A stretch of DNA of 43,726 nucleotides, taken from contig CALCQG010000102.1 of NCBI GenBank assembly GCA_937897575.1, positions 1-43,726 on the forward strand, read 5' to 3'. The stretch is from an uncultured Synergistales bacterium. Lineage in GTDB: Bacteria; Synergistota; Synergistia; Synergistales; Aminobacteriaceae. The notes under the pieces were generated by a model. The model was not told the origin of the DNA. It did no database searches and saw nothing but the letters and a program-made list of their open reading frames with translations. Every line of letters starts with the position of its first letter. Position 1 is the first letter of the stretch. Position numbers and translations under genes: made by a program. Positions 1-10,208 of this stretch are shown here, piece after piece.

Positions 1-814
1 CCGCGAACATCATGGCGGTGGCGCCGTCGCTGTCTCTTTCATCGACCTTCACACCGGCCTCCAGGAAGGCCTTCAGGACCTCCGGAGCGTCCTCGTTGTC
101 CCGCGCGGCGGTCATGAAGGCCGTCAGACCGTCGGAGTCCTTGGCGTTCAGCTCCGCTCCGGCGTCGATAAGGGCCTTGATCATGGACGGGCTCTCGCTG
201 AACGCCGCGGCGTAGTGCAGGGCCGTCCATTCGTCGGAATCGGCGTCGTTCAGCTCCGCTCCGGCGTTCAGGAGGACCTTCAGGACCTCGGGGTTCTCCC
301 CGTAGGACGCCGCTGTCATGAACAGGGAGGCGTCGTCGTTGTCCCGTGCCTTCGCGTCGGTCCCGGATTTCAGGAAGAACTCCATGACGGCGGGGTTCTT
401 GTTGAACGAAGCGTAAAAGGCGGCGGTCCATCCATCCTCGTCCTTGGCGTTCAGGTCGAGCCCCTGGTTCAGGAAGTAGGCCGCCACATCGGGGTTCTCG
501 TTCTCCGCCGCGTACATCAGCAGAGTCCGCCCGGAGTCCGAGGTCTCCGCCAGGTCAGCGCCCCCCTTGACCAGCGCTTCATGGGCCTTGGGGTCCTCAT
601 TGTACATGGCGGCGATCACGAGGGCTGAATCGCCGTCCTCGCTCGTCGCTCCGATGTTCGCCCCCTCACCGAGAGCCTTCGTGATCTCCTCGGACGTCCC
701 GGTCGCGCAGAGTTTGAGGAACTCCTCGTCGCTCATGGCAGCCTCCGCGACGAAGACCGCGGACAGGGCAAAAAGGACTACCAGAACCGCAAGAACTCGT
801 TTCACTATCGTCAT
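1..814 (-). CDS. Secreted ankyrin-repeat protein (partial, runs off left edge)
   Basis: Not in the ORF track. Manual translation from ATG at 814 (SD GAAGGGAG): MTIVKRVLAVLVVLFALSAVFVAEA signal peptide, then repeats such as GRTLLMYAAENENPDVAAYFLNQGLDLNAKDEDGWTA and EWTALHYAAAFSESPSMIKALIDAGAELNAKDSDG. Confidence 0.9.
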   Translation of the reverse strand, partial: MTIVKRVLAVLVVLFALSAVFVAEAAMSDEEFLKLCATGTSEEITKALGEGANIGATSEDGDSALVIAAMYNEDPKAHEALVKGGADLAETSDSGRTLLMYAAENENPDVAAYFLNQGLDLNAKDEDGWTAAFYASFNKNPAVMEFFLKSGTDAKARDNDDASLFMTAASYGENPEVLKVLLNAGAELNDADSDEWTALHYAAAFSESPSMIKALIDAGAELNAKDSDGLTAFMTAARDNEDAPEVLKAFLEAGVKVDERDSDGATAMMFA

Positions 815-943
815 AGTATTCTCTCCCTTCATGATTCGGCCCGTCACTGGGGCCGTGGACCCTTTTTCACCGTCTCTTCCCCCACACAGAGGAAGGACGG
901 AATTCCGACACCGCTGCGACACCTCGTCGTCACGCCCGGAACG

Positions 944-3550
944 TCACCCCCCCCGGCCGCCGCCTCCGCCGCCTCCGCCGCCGGAGGACCCGCCGCCGCC
1001 GAAACCGCTGCCCCCGCTGTAGGACGACGGGGCAGAGGGGGGCTCGTAGCTCGCCACGGAGGCCGCGAGGTTGCCGGATAGCCTGTCCGCAAAATTCGAG
1101 ATGACGTAGACCCGGTCGATGCTGTCGCTCCAAGCCGGCACGTACTTGACCCTCTCGAGGATCGAGCTGAAGCTGTCCGCCCAGGTCTTGGCCAACCCCA
1201 GGGCGAAGGCGTAGGGAAGCAGTCGTTCGAAAAGCTCCGGAGTCTCCTCGGGAGGGTTCAGCATGGAGAGGCGATGACGCTCCGCGGTCCCTATGTACAT
1301 GGCGAGGCCGTCGATCTGCGCGGCGACGTCGGCGCCCGCCCTGGTCTTCGCCGGCATGACGGAGCCGAACAGCGCGGCGATCAGCGCGGCGGACACAAAG
1401 CCCGCCGTGAGCACCGGGTCCATGCGGAACAGGAAGATCATGGCCGTCGCGCTCAGAGCGCCCAGGACGAGCCGCGCGACCCCCTGAACCCTGTCGGACC
1501 TCGTCGACCATCTCTTCTTTCCCCGAAGGACGGTCACCCCCTCGAAAATGGCGAGCCCGAGAAGCACCGAGGGGAACAGAAAGAGGAACGCCGTAATGGT
1601 GCCGGCCCACTCATCGAACAGGTCGGCGACGGGGCTGCCGAGCCAGGGGATCATCACGGCCATGGGGATGAAGAGGAGGAGTCCTCCGAGAGCCCACCCC
1701 CGGTTCTGCGAAAAATGCCCCTCCCCCTTCGCTGCATACGACTCCTCGAGAGCGGTGGACGCGTTGTAGAGACGTCGTCCGCTGGTTTCGTGCCGGAGGT
1801 TCATACCGCCATCCTGGCTCCAGTTAGTCAGGGAGTTGCAGAGGCTCTGCTGGGGTTCCGTGAAGCCCATGGCGTCCCGAGGTCGGTCCGTGGAGTGTAT
1901 GGTGAGGTCGTCGTCGCTGCCCTCGAAGCGGAGCGCCCCCTTCACCGCGAGGTGCAGGATGTCCGCGGCGAGGACCTCGGGGGAGTACTCCATGTCCTTG
2001 AAGAACCGGACGTACCCCGGTTCGATGCCCTTGGGCGGTTCGAACAGGGGGATTATCGTCCCACCGGACGGGTCTCTCCCCTTGAACAGCCAGACGGCGA
2101 CGTAGTACAGAAGGACCAGCGCCGTCAGAAAAGCCACGACGGGCCCCCGGTTGCCCGAGACCCATCCTCTCAGGCGCTCCGGAGAGGAGACGGGCGGCGG
2201 GCTCACGAGCCCTTTGTCCCAGGCGGCCGCCACGGTGAGCCCCTCACCGGGCCGCAAGATGCGCGTGGTCCCGAAGGAGCCGTCCGAAGCCTGGACGAAG
2301 TCCTTCCCCGTGTCGCCTCTGGCGCCGGTGAAGGCCTCCCACTTCGTCACAGCCCCTCCCTCGGGGAGGACCACCCGGTAGACTGCTCGTTCGATGGGGA
2401 AAACCCAGTCGTTCCCCGTGACGTTCCAGTAGAGCTCGTCGAAGTCCTTCCGGAAGGCGATCCAGCCCTTGGTCCTGTAGGTGATCTCGTAGACGTGCCG
2501 CCCCGCCTCGAGCAACCTGTCCGCCCTGCCGAGCCGGATCTCCAGATCTCTGCCCATCCGCTCCACCGCGGAGCGCACCGTCTCGCCGTCCAGGGTGGCG
2601 GAGAGCAGTTCGAAGCCGGTTCGCGCCACCGTTCCGTCGCTGCCCCTGTAGTCCGTCGGGAAGACCCGGATGATGCCCCGCTGTATCTCCTGACCGAGGG
2701 CCGTCAGCTCGATGCGCTCCCTCACCGTCACAAAGCCGTCGCTCTGCACCGTGGCCGTGACGTCGAAGAGGTGGATGACCTCCTCGCGGGGGGCCGCCGG
2801 CGGTTCTTCCCTCTTCTCCCGTTCCGCTTCCCGGGCCTCCTGTACAGCCTGCGCCCTCTGCTCCACGACCGAGGCGCCCGTCTCCCCGGGGCGGACGATC
2901 CCCTTCTCCCAGGCCGCGAAGAGGGAGAAGCGCTCCCCCGGCGCGAGGCCCCTGGTCGTGGCGACAGTGCCGCCGGAAAGTTCCTCGGCGTCCTGCCCTC
3001 GCTCGCCCCGCTTCCCCGTGTAGGGAATGGCGCGGAGAAGGCCCTTCTCATCGGGCAGGACGACGCGGCAGGCCGCCCGCTCGATGGGCATCGCCCACCC
3101 GTCCCCCGTCACGTCCCAGAGGATGAAGTCGTAGCCGTCGTTTTCAAAGGCGACCCAGCCCTTCGTCTCGTAGGCCACCTCGTAGACATGCCGCCCCGGT
3201 GAAAGAGAGGTCCCCTCCCCTTCGAGGGCGACGGACACCCTTCTGCCCGACCGGTCGACCCGGGAAGCGAGTACCTCTCCGTCCCGCCGGACGGAGAGAA
3301 GGCGGAAGTCCGTATCGTGCACCGTGCCCGAGGAGTCCATGCGCCCGGTGATGAACGAGCGGACGATCCTCTCCGCCCCCCCCTCCGGGACCGTCACCTC
3401 GATGCGCTCCTCGACGGTCACGACCCCGTCGCGTTGCACCGTGGCCGTGGCGTCGAACAGGTCCACCGTTCCACCGGCCCAGCCCCGGACGGGGACGAGG
3501 AGCAACAGGATCAGAAAGACGAAGATCGGGAGCACGCTCTTGTGTCTCAT
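944..3550 (-). CDS. DUF2207-family membrane protein with two tandem N-terminal DUF2207 domains
   Basis: Signal peptide MRHKSVLP...; two copies of FDxTATVQxDGxVTVxERI...GRHVYE..Y.TKGW.AF...W.VTGxxWxxPIERA; several TM helices; FERLLPYAFALG motif and a Gly/Ser-rich C-terminus typical of DUF2207. Start moved to the ATG with SD GGAGG. Confidence 0.88.
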   Translation of the reverse strand: MRHKSVLPIFVFLILLLLVPVRGWAGGTVDLFDATATVQRDGVVTVEERIEVTVPEGGAERIVRSFITGRMDSSGTVHDTDFRLLSVRRDGEVLASRVDRSGRRVSVALEGEGTSLSPGRHVYEVAYETKGWVAFENDGYDFILWDVTGDGWAMPIERAACRVVLPDEKGLLRAIPYTGKRGERGQDAEELSGGTVATTRGLAPGERFSLFAAWEKGIVRPGETGASVVEQRAQAVQEAREAEREKREEPPAAPREEVIHLFDVTATVQSDGFVTVRERIELTALGQEIQRGIIRVFPTDYRGSDGTVARTGFELLSATLDGETVRSAVERMGRDLEIRLGRADRLLEAGRHVYEITYRTKGWIAFRKDFDELYWNVTGNDWVFPIERAVYRVVLPEGGAVTKWEAFTGARGDTGKDFVQASDGSFGTTRILRPGEGLTVAAAWDKGLVSPPPVSSPERLRGWVSGNRGPVVAFLTALVLLYYVAVWLFKGRDPSGGTIIPLFEPPKGIEPGYVRFFKDMEYSPEVLAADILHLAVKGALRFEGSDDDLTIHSTDRPRDAMGFTEPQQSLCNSLTNWSQDGGMNLRHETSGRRLYNASTALEESYAAKGEGHFSQNRGWALGGLLLFIPMAVMIPWLGSPVADLFDEWAGTITAFLFLFPSVLLGLAIFEGVTVLRGKKRWSTRSDRVQGVARLVLGALSATAMIFLFRMDPVLTAGFVSAALIAALFGSVMPAKTRAGADVAAQIDGLAMYIGTAERHRLSMLNPPEETPELFERLLPYAFALGLAKTWADSFSSILERVKYVPAWSDSIDRVYVISNFADRLSGNLAASVASYEPPSAPSSYSGGSGFGGGGSSGGGGGGGGGRGG

Positions 3551-3872
3551 GGTGGACCCTCCCCGAGGTGCGTCGTGCACAGTCCCGTTCTTGCCGCAAG
3601 GGGCGAGCAACGCGACTCTACCAGATAAGGTACAATGAGAGCGGGTAAAAGTCCAGAACGGGGGCCTGGCGCAACCGTCAATGAGATATCTTTGTTAAAT
3701 CAGTTATCATGCCCCTTTATAGCTTTTAATTCCGGACGGAACGAACAAAACTACCCTGCCCCACCCCTGAGGGTGGTTGAAAAAAAACGGAAAGATGGTG
3801 TAATAAACTCGTCTTGATGATCGTGTTCGATACTCTATCTTCACTATATCTTCATTGGAGGGGGCAGCACAC

Positions 3873-5174
3873 ATGGCATATCAGGAAGTGACGCACACCG
3901 GTTGGTTCAGCAGGATTGGCAAGTCTTTCGGGGGCATGGTCACCGGACTCGTGCTCATTGTCGCCGCGACGGGGCTCCTGTACTGGAACGAGGGACGGAC
4001 GGTGAAGACGGGAGGGGCCATCGGCGAGGCCCAGATGCAGACCGTCCAGATGGGGGACATTTCAAAGGTGGACCCGTCCTTTAACGGCAAGGTCATCTAC
4101 GCCACCGGCCGGGCCGACACGAAGGACATGCTCCAGGACCCCGTCTTCGGCGTCGGGAAGGTCGCCGTCAAACTGGACCGTGACGTGGAGTACTATCAGT
4201 GGGTCGAGAGCTCCCGCTCCGAGAAGAGGAAGAAGCTCGGCGGCGGCGAGGAGACGGTGACGACCTACACCTATGCGAAGCAATGGACCAGCACGCCCGT
4301 CGATTCAAACACCTTCAAGGACCCGGACTACATAGGGATCAACGAAGTCCTCGCCAGGGTGCAGAACGAACAGTGGGTGGCTCCCACGGTCTCCTTCGGT
4401 GCCTACACGCTGCCCGATTTTCTGAAGAGCGGCATCGGCGGGGCGCAACCCCTCCAGGTTGAGCTCGAGGACCAGCAGAAGCAGGAGATCGCCAAGCTCA
4501 TCTCCGTGTCCAGGCGCTACCTCCGGCAGCCGGGGGCCGTTCGGCCGGGAGCCATCGGCGTCGTGGCCGATACGGTGGCACGGTCCGTATCGGGCGCCGT
4601 GCTCGGGGAGAACGACGTGGATGTGGCAACCTACGTCCACTCCCAGGGGAACGTCGTCTACATCGGTGCCGACCCCAACTCGCCCCACGTGGGCGACGTG
4701 CGGCTCACCTTCACCCAGACCCCTCCGGCGGACGTCTCCATCGTCGCGAAGGTTGTCGGCTCCACCTTTGACAAGTTCACGGCGTCCAACGGCTACACCT
4801 TCAGCCGCATCGACATGGGGACCGTGAGCGCCGAGACCATGTTCGAGGGTGCGAAGACGGAGAACACCGTCATGGCGTGGATCCTCCGCGTCGTGGGGAC
4901 CTTCCTCGTCATCGCGGGCCTGCGGATGATCCTGGCACCCCTCTCCGTCATCGCCGACGTGGTCCCCATCTTCGGCACCATCGTGGGAGCGGGAGCGGGC
5001 ATCGTGGCCTTCCTCCTCGGCCTCGCCTGGAGCCTTGTGGTCATCGCCATCGCGTGGATCCGTTTCAGGCCCCTTCTCGCCGCCGGCCTTCTCGCCGTAG
5101 TGGCCGCTCTCCTCGCCCTGCTCTACAAGAGGGGACGAGCCCGCAAAAAGCTTGAAGGAACAGGCGTCGCATAG
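3873..5174 (+). CDS. TMEM43 (DUF1625) family membrane protein
   Basis: N-terminal TM then LYWNEGR; RDVEYYQWVE and Y.KQWTS.PVDS.TF motifs; VGDVRLTF; three C-terminal TMs ending AIAWIRFRP. SD GGAGG. Confidence 0.85.
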   Translation: MAYQEVTHTGWFSRIGKSFGGMVTGLVLIVAATGLLYWNEGRTVKTGGAIGEAQMQTVQMGDISKVDPSFNGKVIYATGRADTKDMLQDPVFGVGKVAVKLDRDVEYYQWVESSRSEKRKKLGGGEETVTTYTYAKQWTSTPVDSNTFKDPDYIGINEVLARVQNEQWVAPTVSFGAYTLPDFLKSGIGGAQPLQVELEDQQKQEIAKLISVSRRYLRQPGAVRPGAIGVVADTVARSVSGAVLGENDVDVATYVHSQGNVVYIGADPNSPHVGDVRLTFTQTPPADVSIVAKVVGSTFDKFTASNGYTFSRIDMGTVSAETMFEGAKTENTVMAWILRVVGTFLVIAGLRMILAPLSVIADVVPIFGTIVGAGAGIVAFLLGLAWSLVVIAIAWIRFRPLLAAGLLAVVAALLALLYKRGRARKKLEGTGVA

Positions 5175-5196
5175 GCCGGAACGGGAGAGAATCGCC

Positions 5197-5970
5197 ATGA
5201 GACACTCCAGACGAACGGGACGCTGGCTCATTCTTCTCACCGTGCTGACCCTCGCCGTGCTGGCCTGTTCGGCGGGGGCTTCGGCCCTGGACCTCCCAGA
5301 GGCGGACGACCCCTTCCGGCTGACCATCCCGGAGGGGACGGAGTATGAGAAGCCCTTTGGCGCCATATACGGTTTCCCGGACGTCCGGCTGTGGGGGTGG
5401 TCCAAGGACGGCAAGGCGGCGCTGTCCGTCGTCCACGAGGTCGCAGGCCGGGGCGGCTTCGAAATATATTACGTCATACAGGACATGGTCTCCGACAAGG
5501 TCCTTTGGACCCTCGACGACGACACCTATAACTGGGAGAACGAGGGGGCCGACGTGGAGGGCTTTGACTCAGACCGCATTGCGGCCCTCTCCTACAAGCG
5601 GAACAGGGCGGCCGTGGACGGGGCGCTGCAGCAATACGCCATCCAGGGGGAGACGAACCCCTTCCTCGCCTTCCCCATGGAGTGGAACGAGTGGACCTAC
5701 ACCCCCGATATCTCCATCGTCGAGGAGAAGGAGCCTCAGTTCTACGACGACATCGCCTCCTACACCGTGTCCCTCGCGAGAAGCGGCGGGAAGACGAAGA
5801 AGATCGCCTTCGTGGACGACACGGCGTCGAAAAACGTCTATGTCTGCGCCCACACCCTCAGCCCCTTCGAGGACCGCGTGCTCGTCGTCATTGCCGAGGA
5901 GCGGTTCGTCTTCGAGGGGACGGAGCTCTTCTACTCCTTTGTGGGGTGCGACCTCAAGAAGGGCTTTTGA
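5197..5970 (+). CDS. Hypothetical exported protein
   Basis: Basic N-terminus, hydrophobic stretch and ASA cleavage-like site; acidic mature region (LWGWSKDGK); follows the TMEM43 gene by 22 bp. Confidence 0.75.
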   Translation: MRHSRRTGRWLILLTVLTLAVLACSAGASALDLPEADDPFRLTIPEGTEYEKPFGAIYGFPDVRLWGWSKDGKAALSVVHEVAGRGGFEIYYVIQDMVSDKVLWTLDDDTYNWENEGADVEGFDSDRIAALSYKRNRAAVDGALQQYAIQGETNPFLAFPMEWNEWTYTPDISIVEEKEPQFYDDIASYTVSLARSGGKTKKIAFVDDTASKNVYVCAHTLSPFEDRVLVVIAEERFVFEGTELFYSFVGCDLKKGF

Positions 5971-6025
5971 ACCACTCCGCCATCCTTGAGTGGCGGGGCA
6001 CTTGCAAGCATAAGGAGGTACTCGT

Positions 6026-7186
6026 ATGCGCCGTATGAAAAAGATCCTCCCGACCGTGCTGTTCTGCGCTTTCGCGTTCGTTCTTCTGCTCCCGGCGTCC
6101 GCCTTGGCCAGCGACCCCTTCTCAGAGGGGGCCTTCGGCAAATTCTGCGAGGAGGCCAATGCCGCAGTGGACAGGAACACGGATATGTTCCGGGACGACC
6201 TGGCCTTCGTCATGGGGGCCCTCTTCCCCACAGAGCCCTTCCTCGCCGCCTGCAAGAGCTCCAAGCCCACCCTGCTCGCCAATCTCTCGTCCTACAAAAA
6301 CCTCAGGGGGTCCAAGGAGTCGGGGCTCGAGCAGCACGTCCGCAACTACGACAACATGGTGGTCAAGCGCATGGAGTTCTTCATCAAGATGGCCGAGGCG
6401 ACGGGCAGCGACTTCCAGAAGGAGCAGTACGCCATCCGCAGGACCATAGAGCTCTGGGACAAAAACAATCCGGACCTTCGAAAGATAGTCAGCAACCGCC
6501 AAAAATCGGCCGACGCGCTGAAGCAGCTCAAAAAGGACTACGACGACCTGCGGAGCCGCATCTCCTCTCCCGGGCCCCAGGCGCTCAGTTCGAACAACAC
6601 GCTGAAGAACCTCTTCACGAACAAGACTCTGGAGTGGCCACCAAAAAAAGACCAGATGGAGGGGCTGGTGCTGAACAGAATATACAACCTTCCGTGGTTC
6701 CTCAGCTCCATGGAGCTGGAGTCCAACGCGAGAAAAACCCTCGAGACCTGGGATGGCTACGTGAGCAAATCTCTTGACAAACTGCAGAAGAGGATGGACC
6801 TGTTCCGCGCCGCCATGGTCAAGATCAACGAACAGAGTAAAACATGCGCCTCCTTGGGGTCGAACCTTCAGAAGGGCATCGAAGGGGACTACAACTCGGA
6901 GAACAGTCTGGCCTTCGGCCTGAGACAGGCCATGCTCGACGCCGCCGCATTCGATCAGCTGCTGCAAAAACATGTCGCCACGGAGCTGAACAAGACTGCC
7001 AAGGACTACGACGGTTTCGTCAAGTTCCGCGACCGCTCGGAGGTCAGCGCGATACTACGAACCGCCTACTCGACCTACACCGACGCCTCCGGGCGACAGG
7101 ACGACCGCATGCTGGACGCCATGGCAAGCTACGGCAAGGCGATGCGCGAATACCGGAGGATGCTGAAGGACCTCGGCCGAAACTAG
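6026..7186 (+). CDS. Hypothetical exported alpha-helical protein
   Basis: Strong SD AAGGAGG; signal peptide ending ALA; Lys-rich helical/coiled-coil-like sequence; no family recognised. Confidence 0.8.
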   Translation: MRRMKKILPTVLFCAFAFVLLLPASALASDPFSEGAFGKFCEEANAAVDRNTDMFRDDLAFVMGALFPTEPFLAACKSSKPTLLANLSSYKNLRGSKESGLEQHVRNYDNMVVKRMEFFIKMAEATGSDFQKEQYAIRRTIELWDKNNPDLRKIVSNRQKSADALKQLKKDYDDLRSRISSPGPQALSSNNTLKNLFTNKTLEWPPKKDQMEGLVLNRIYNLPWFLSSMELESNARKTLETWDGYVSKSLDKLQKRMDLFRAAMVKINEQSKTCASLGSNLQKGIEGDYNSENSLAFGLRQAMLDAAAFDQLLQKHVATELNKTAKDYDGFVKFRDRSEVSAILRTAYSTYTDASGRQDDRMLDAMASYGKAMREYRRMLKDLGRN

Positions 7187-7284
7187 AGCGGCTGAACAGG
7201 GCGCGCCCCCTGTCCGCGGCTCGCTGCCGCGACGAGATGGCGTTCCTCCCTGGAAGCCCTCCCCCTTTTTCGACATCCAGACAC

Positions 7285-7324
7285 AGGAGGCGCCCCGATC
7301 CGGATCGGGGCGCCTCCTCTTTTT
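7285..7324 (+). terminator. Perfect 34-bp palindrome followed by a T-tract; probable intrinsic terminator
   Basis: AGGAGGCGCCCCGATCC|GGATCGGGGCGCCTCCT (7285-7318) then CTTTTT, between convergent genes. Confidence 0.7.
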
Positions 7325-7356
7325 GTCTCGATCCTCCTCCGGACTTCGCGGACGAG

Positions 7357-7388
7357 AGAGGCCCCCGCAAATTTCAGCGGGGGCCTCT
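7357..7388 (-). terminator. Hairpin downstream of the LRR gene
   Basis: 12-bp arms AGAGGCCCCCGC / GCGGGGGCCTCT with an 8-nt loop, 34 bp past the stop at 7423. Confidence 0.55.
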
Positions 7389-7422
7389 TCACTGTCCGAA
7401 GGTTCTCCGGAACCGGACGGTT

Positions 7423-9597
7423 TTACCAGGTGACGCTGTTCATCACGGCGATCACGTCCGGGTTCATCAGTTCGGCGAGGGTCACAGAGCTGATGTCCCC
7501 CACCGCGACTATGAAGACGTGGCTCCCGTCGTCGGGGTAGACCCTGAGTTCATAGCTCGCCTCGCTGGACGAGGGGGTGGTGTCCCTGGCGACCGCGATG
7601 CACCGGTGCCCCTTGTAGGTCCGTTCGAACACCCTGAGACCGTCGTTGTCCTTGTAGTCCTTCTCCTTCCTCTCCAACAGGCTCGCAAGCTGTCCATCAT
7701 AGGGCATGTTCGGCGTCTTCGACCGTTCGGCGTAGACCGAGTACTTGGTGTTTGTGAAGACTCCCGCTTCATCCCGCGCCCAGGAGACCGTCGGAGCTTT
7801 CGAGATCGGGTTGAGCTCCGCCTTGGTCCCCTCGGGGTAGGACAGGGTCACGCCGGCGCCCTCGATGGTCTTCGTCGCCCCGCTGAACTTGCCCGCGTCG
7901 GCGCTCCACTCGGGGATGAAGTGGCTCCGCCGGAGGTTCTCGAGGTTCGCGGGCAGCGAGACGGTCTCGAGGTCCGTGCAACCGGCGAAGGCGGTCTTGG
8001 CTATCTCCGTGACGCTCTCGGGGATGACGAGCTTTCTGATGCCGCTGTTCGCGAAGGCCCGCTCACCGATGACCTCCAGAGAGATGGGCAGGAAGACCTC
8101 TTTGAGCTCCTTGCAGTCGGCGAAGGCCTCCGCCCCGATGCGGCTGATGCTGGCGTAGGCCCCGAAGAAGGAGAGCCTCTGCCCCTTGAAGGCGCCGTCA
8201 CCGATCTCGGAGATGTACAGGAATTCTCCCTCTCGGCCGAAGGTGTCCCGGGGGATCGCCACCTTTTCGCCGGGCTCTCCGGCCTTGTGGGCCACCACGC
8301 GGGCCAGGGTCTTCCCTTCCTCGATCTTCTTGAGGGTCAGGGCGTCGAAGTTCACGTACTGCCTCCACTCGGGGTTGAACTCCGTCCAGGCGAGTTCGTC
8401 CTCGCCCTTGCTGACGAGCCAGGCGTCCATGGCGCTCGTCTGGGCAAGGGTGGCATCCCAGGCCATGGAGATCTGCCCCACATCGGCGAAGACCTTGGCC
8501 TCGCCCTCCTTTTTGACCAGCTCGGGCATCTGGGAGGGTTCATGGACGTGCGGCATGCGGAGCTCCCAGAGGGTTACCCTCTCGTTCTTGAAAACACCGG
8601 AGCCCATGGACTTCACCGTGGAGGGAAGGGCCACGGACCGGGTCCACTTGCAGCCGGCGAAGGCCTGCGCCCCGATGGTCTCGAGGCCATCGGGCAGTGC
8701 GGGAACCTGCATGGCGGAGCACCCCTCGAAGGCCCTGACGCCGATCTTTTTCACTCCGGCCGGAAGCTCGATCGCCGTCAGCTTGCTGTACGCGAAGGCG
8801 CCCTCGCCAATCTCCACAAGCCCGGCGGGGAGCTTCGCTTCCGTTATGTTCGTGCTGTTGAGGGCGTTTTTCCCGATTCTGGTGATCCGCTCGGGAATCT
8901 CGTAGGCCGTCACGGCCTGGCAACCCATGAGGAATCCATCGGGAAGCTCCGTGAAACTGGCGGGGAGGTTCAGCGTCGTGATCTTCCTGTTGTACGAAAA
9001 GGCGTTCTCACCGATGGCCGTGACGCCCTCGGGGATCTTCAGATCCAGCTTTTCACAGGCATAAAACGCGTTGCTCCCGATCTCCTTCAGGCCGTCAGGA
9101 AGAGGCAGCGTCTCGAGGCTCGCACAGTTGAAGAAGGCATAATCGCCGATCTTTGTGACGCCCTTGGGGATGATCACATCTGTGAGCTTCTTCCCGTCGT
9201 AGAGGAAGCTGTTGGGGATTTCCTTCAGCTCCGAGGGCAGGGCGACACGCGTCAGATCGTAGCAGCTGTAGAACGCGAAGGGTTCCAGCTTCGTGGCCGT
9301 CTCCGGGATCTTGACGGCCGTGATGCCACCCTTGAAGTTGGGGTCGCCTAGGAATTGCTGGGACTGGTCGAAGGCGTTCTGCTTGATGCCCTTGACGACC
9401 ACGCCGTCGATTTTCCCCGGGATGACCACCACGCCGCCCTTGCCGACGTACTTGACGATCATGCCCGTCCCCTTGTCGAACTCGAAATCCGACCCCGGGG
9501 TCTCCGCCGGCCACTTGAAGTCTGCGGCCAGGGCGGAACCTCCAAACGCTGTAGCCAGGAAACACAGTACCATCAGGAACAGGATGCTCTTCTTCAT
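7423..9597 (-). CDS. Secreted BspA-type (LRR_5) leucine-rich repeat protein
   Basis: Signal peptide; many LxxIxLPxxLxxIGxxAF repeats in two blocks; non-LRR C-terminal domain; SD AAGGAGGAG. Confidence 0.9.
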   Translation of the reverse strand: MKKSILFLMVLCFLATAFGGSALAADFKWPAETPGSDFEFDKGTGMIVKYVGKGGVVVIPGKIDGVVVKGIKQNAFDQSQQFLGDPNFKGGITAVKIPETATKLEPFAFYSCYDLTRVALPSELKEIPNSFLYDGKKLTDVIIPKGVTKIGDYAFFNCASLETLPLPDGLKEIGSNAFYACEKLDLKIPEGVTAIGENAFSYNRKITTLNLPASFTELPDGFLMGCQAVTAYEIPERITRIGKNALNSTNITEAKLPAGLVEIGEGAFAYSKLTAIELPAGVKKIGVRAFEGCSAMQVPALPDGLETIGAQAFAGCKWTRSVALPSTVKSMGSGVFKNERVTLWELRMPHVHEPSQMPELVKKEGEAKVFADVGQISMAWDATLAQTSAMDAWLVSKGEDELAWTEFNPEWRQYVNFDALTLKKIEEGKTLARVVAHKAGEPGEKVAIPRDTFGREGEFLYISEIGDGAFKGQRLSFFGAYASISRIGAEAFADCKELKEVFLPISLEVIGERAFANSGIRKLVIPESVTEIAKTAFAGCTDLETVSLPANLENLRRSHFIPEWSADAGKFSGATKTIEGAGVTLSYPEGTKAELNPISKAPTVSWARDEAGVFTNTKYSVYAERSKTPNMPYDGQLASLLERKEKDYKDNDGLRVFERTYKGHRCIAVARDTTPSSSEASYELRVYPDDGSHVFIVAVGDISSVTLAELMNPDVIAVMNSVTW

Positions 9598-9698
9598 TGT
9601 CTCCTCCTTATTCTCTTATGGATTGAACAGCGTGATGGTGCGCTCTCGTATTTTTCCGGGGCAACACGCCGTTAAGAGCTCTTTTCGCTCGCCGAAAC

Positions 9699-10175
9699 CT
9701 ACTGCATGCCCCCGGGCGAGAAGGACTGAAGGACCTCCGCCACGAGGGGATCGTAGTGCTCCCTGAGCTCCGAGGGGTACTCCATCTGCAGGGTGTATAT
9801 GGCGCCCTCGCCCACGTACCGCTTCACGCAGAGGGTATTCTCCCCCTTGTCGCCCGAGAGGATGAACCACTCGTCCCCCTTCTTCCGGGAGGCGACGGAG
9901 TCGAAATTCCCCTCCTCCTCCTCCATGGCCGACTCCAGAGTGGCCTCCAAAACGTTGTGCTCACCCCAGACGGTGATGGAACAGCCGTCCCTGTCGTAGA
10001 ACCGCCTTCCGTCGTCGTTGTCCGGGGCCGGATCCATGCCGAACTCCGCCGGGACGGTGACGGACCAGCCGAAGCGCCCGTTGACGTAGGAACCGTCCCA
10101 CACCGCTTCGACTCGCGCGGCGAACAGCAGGGTCACCAACGCCAGAACAACGAAAAGGAGCGATGTCCGTCTCAT
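9699..10175 (-). CDS. Hypothetical exported protein (possibly PsbP/Mog1p-like fold)
   Basis: Signal peptide MRRTSLLFVVLALVTLLFAARVEA; YVNGRFGWSVTVP start and ..VLQSF end resemble PsbP-like domains (inference); SD GGAGG. Confidence 0.7.
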   Translation of the reverse strand: MRRTSLLFVVLALVTLLFAARVEAVWDGSYVNGRFGWSVTVPAEFGMDPAPDNDDGRRFYDRDGCSITVWGEHNVLEATLESAMEEEEGNFDSVASRKKGDEWFILSGDKGENTLCVKRYVGEGAIYTLQMEYPSELREHYDPLVAEVLQSFSPGGMQ

Positions 10176-10208
10176 AGCCACACCTCCCTCATGCATCCGG
10201 ACAGGGCT

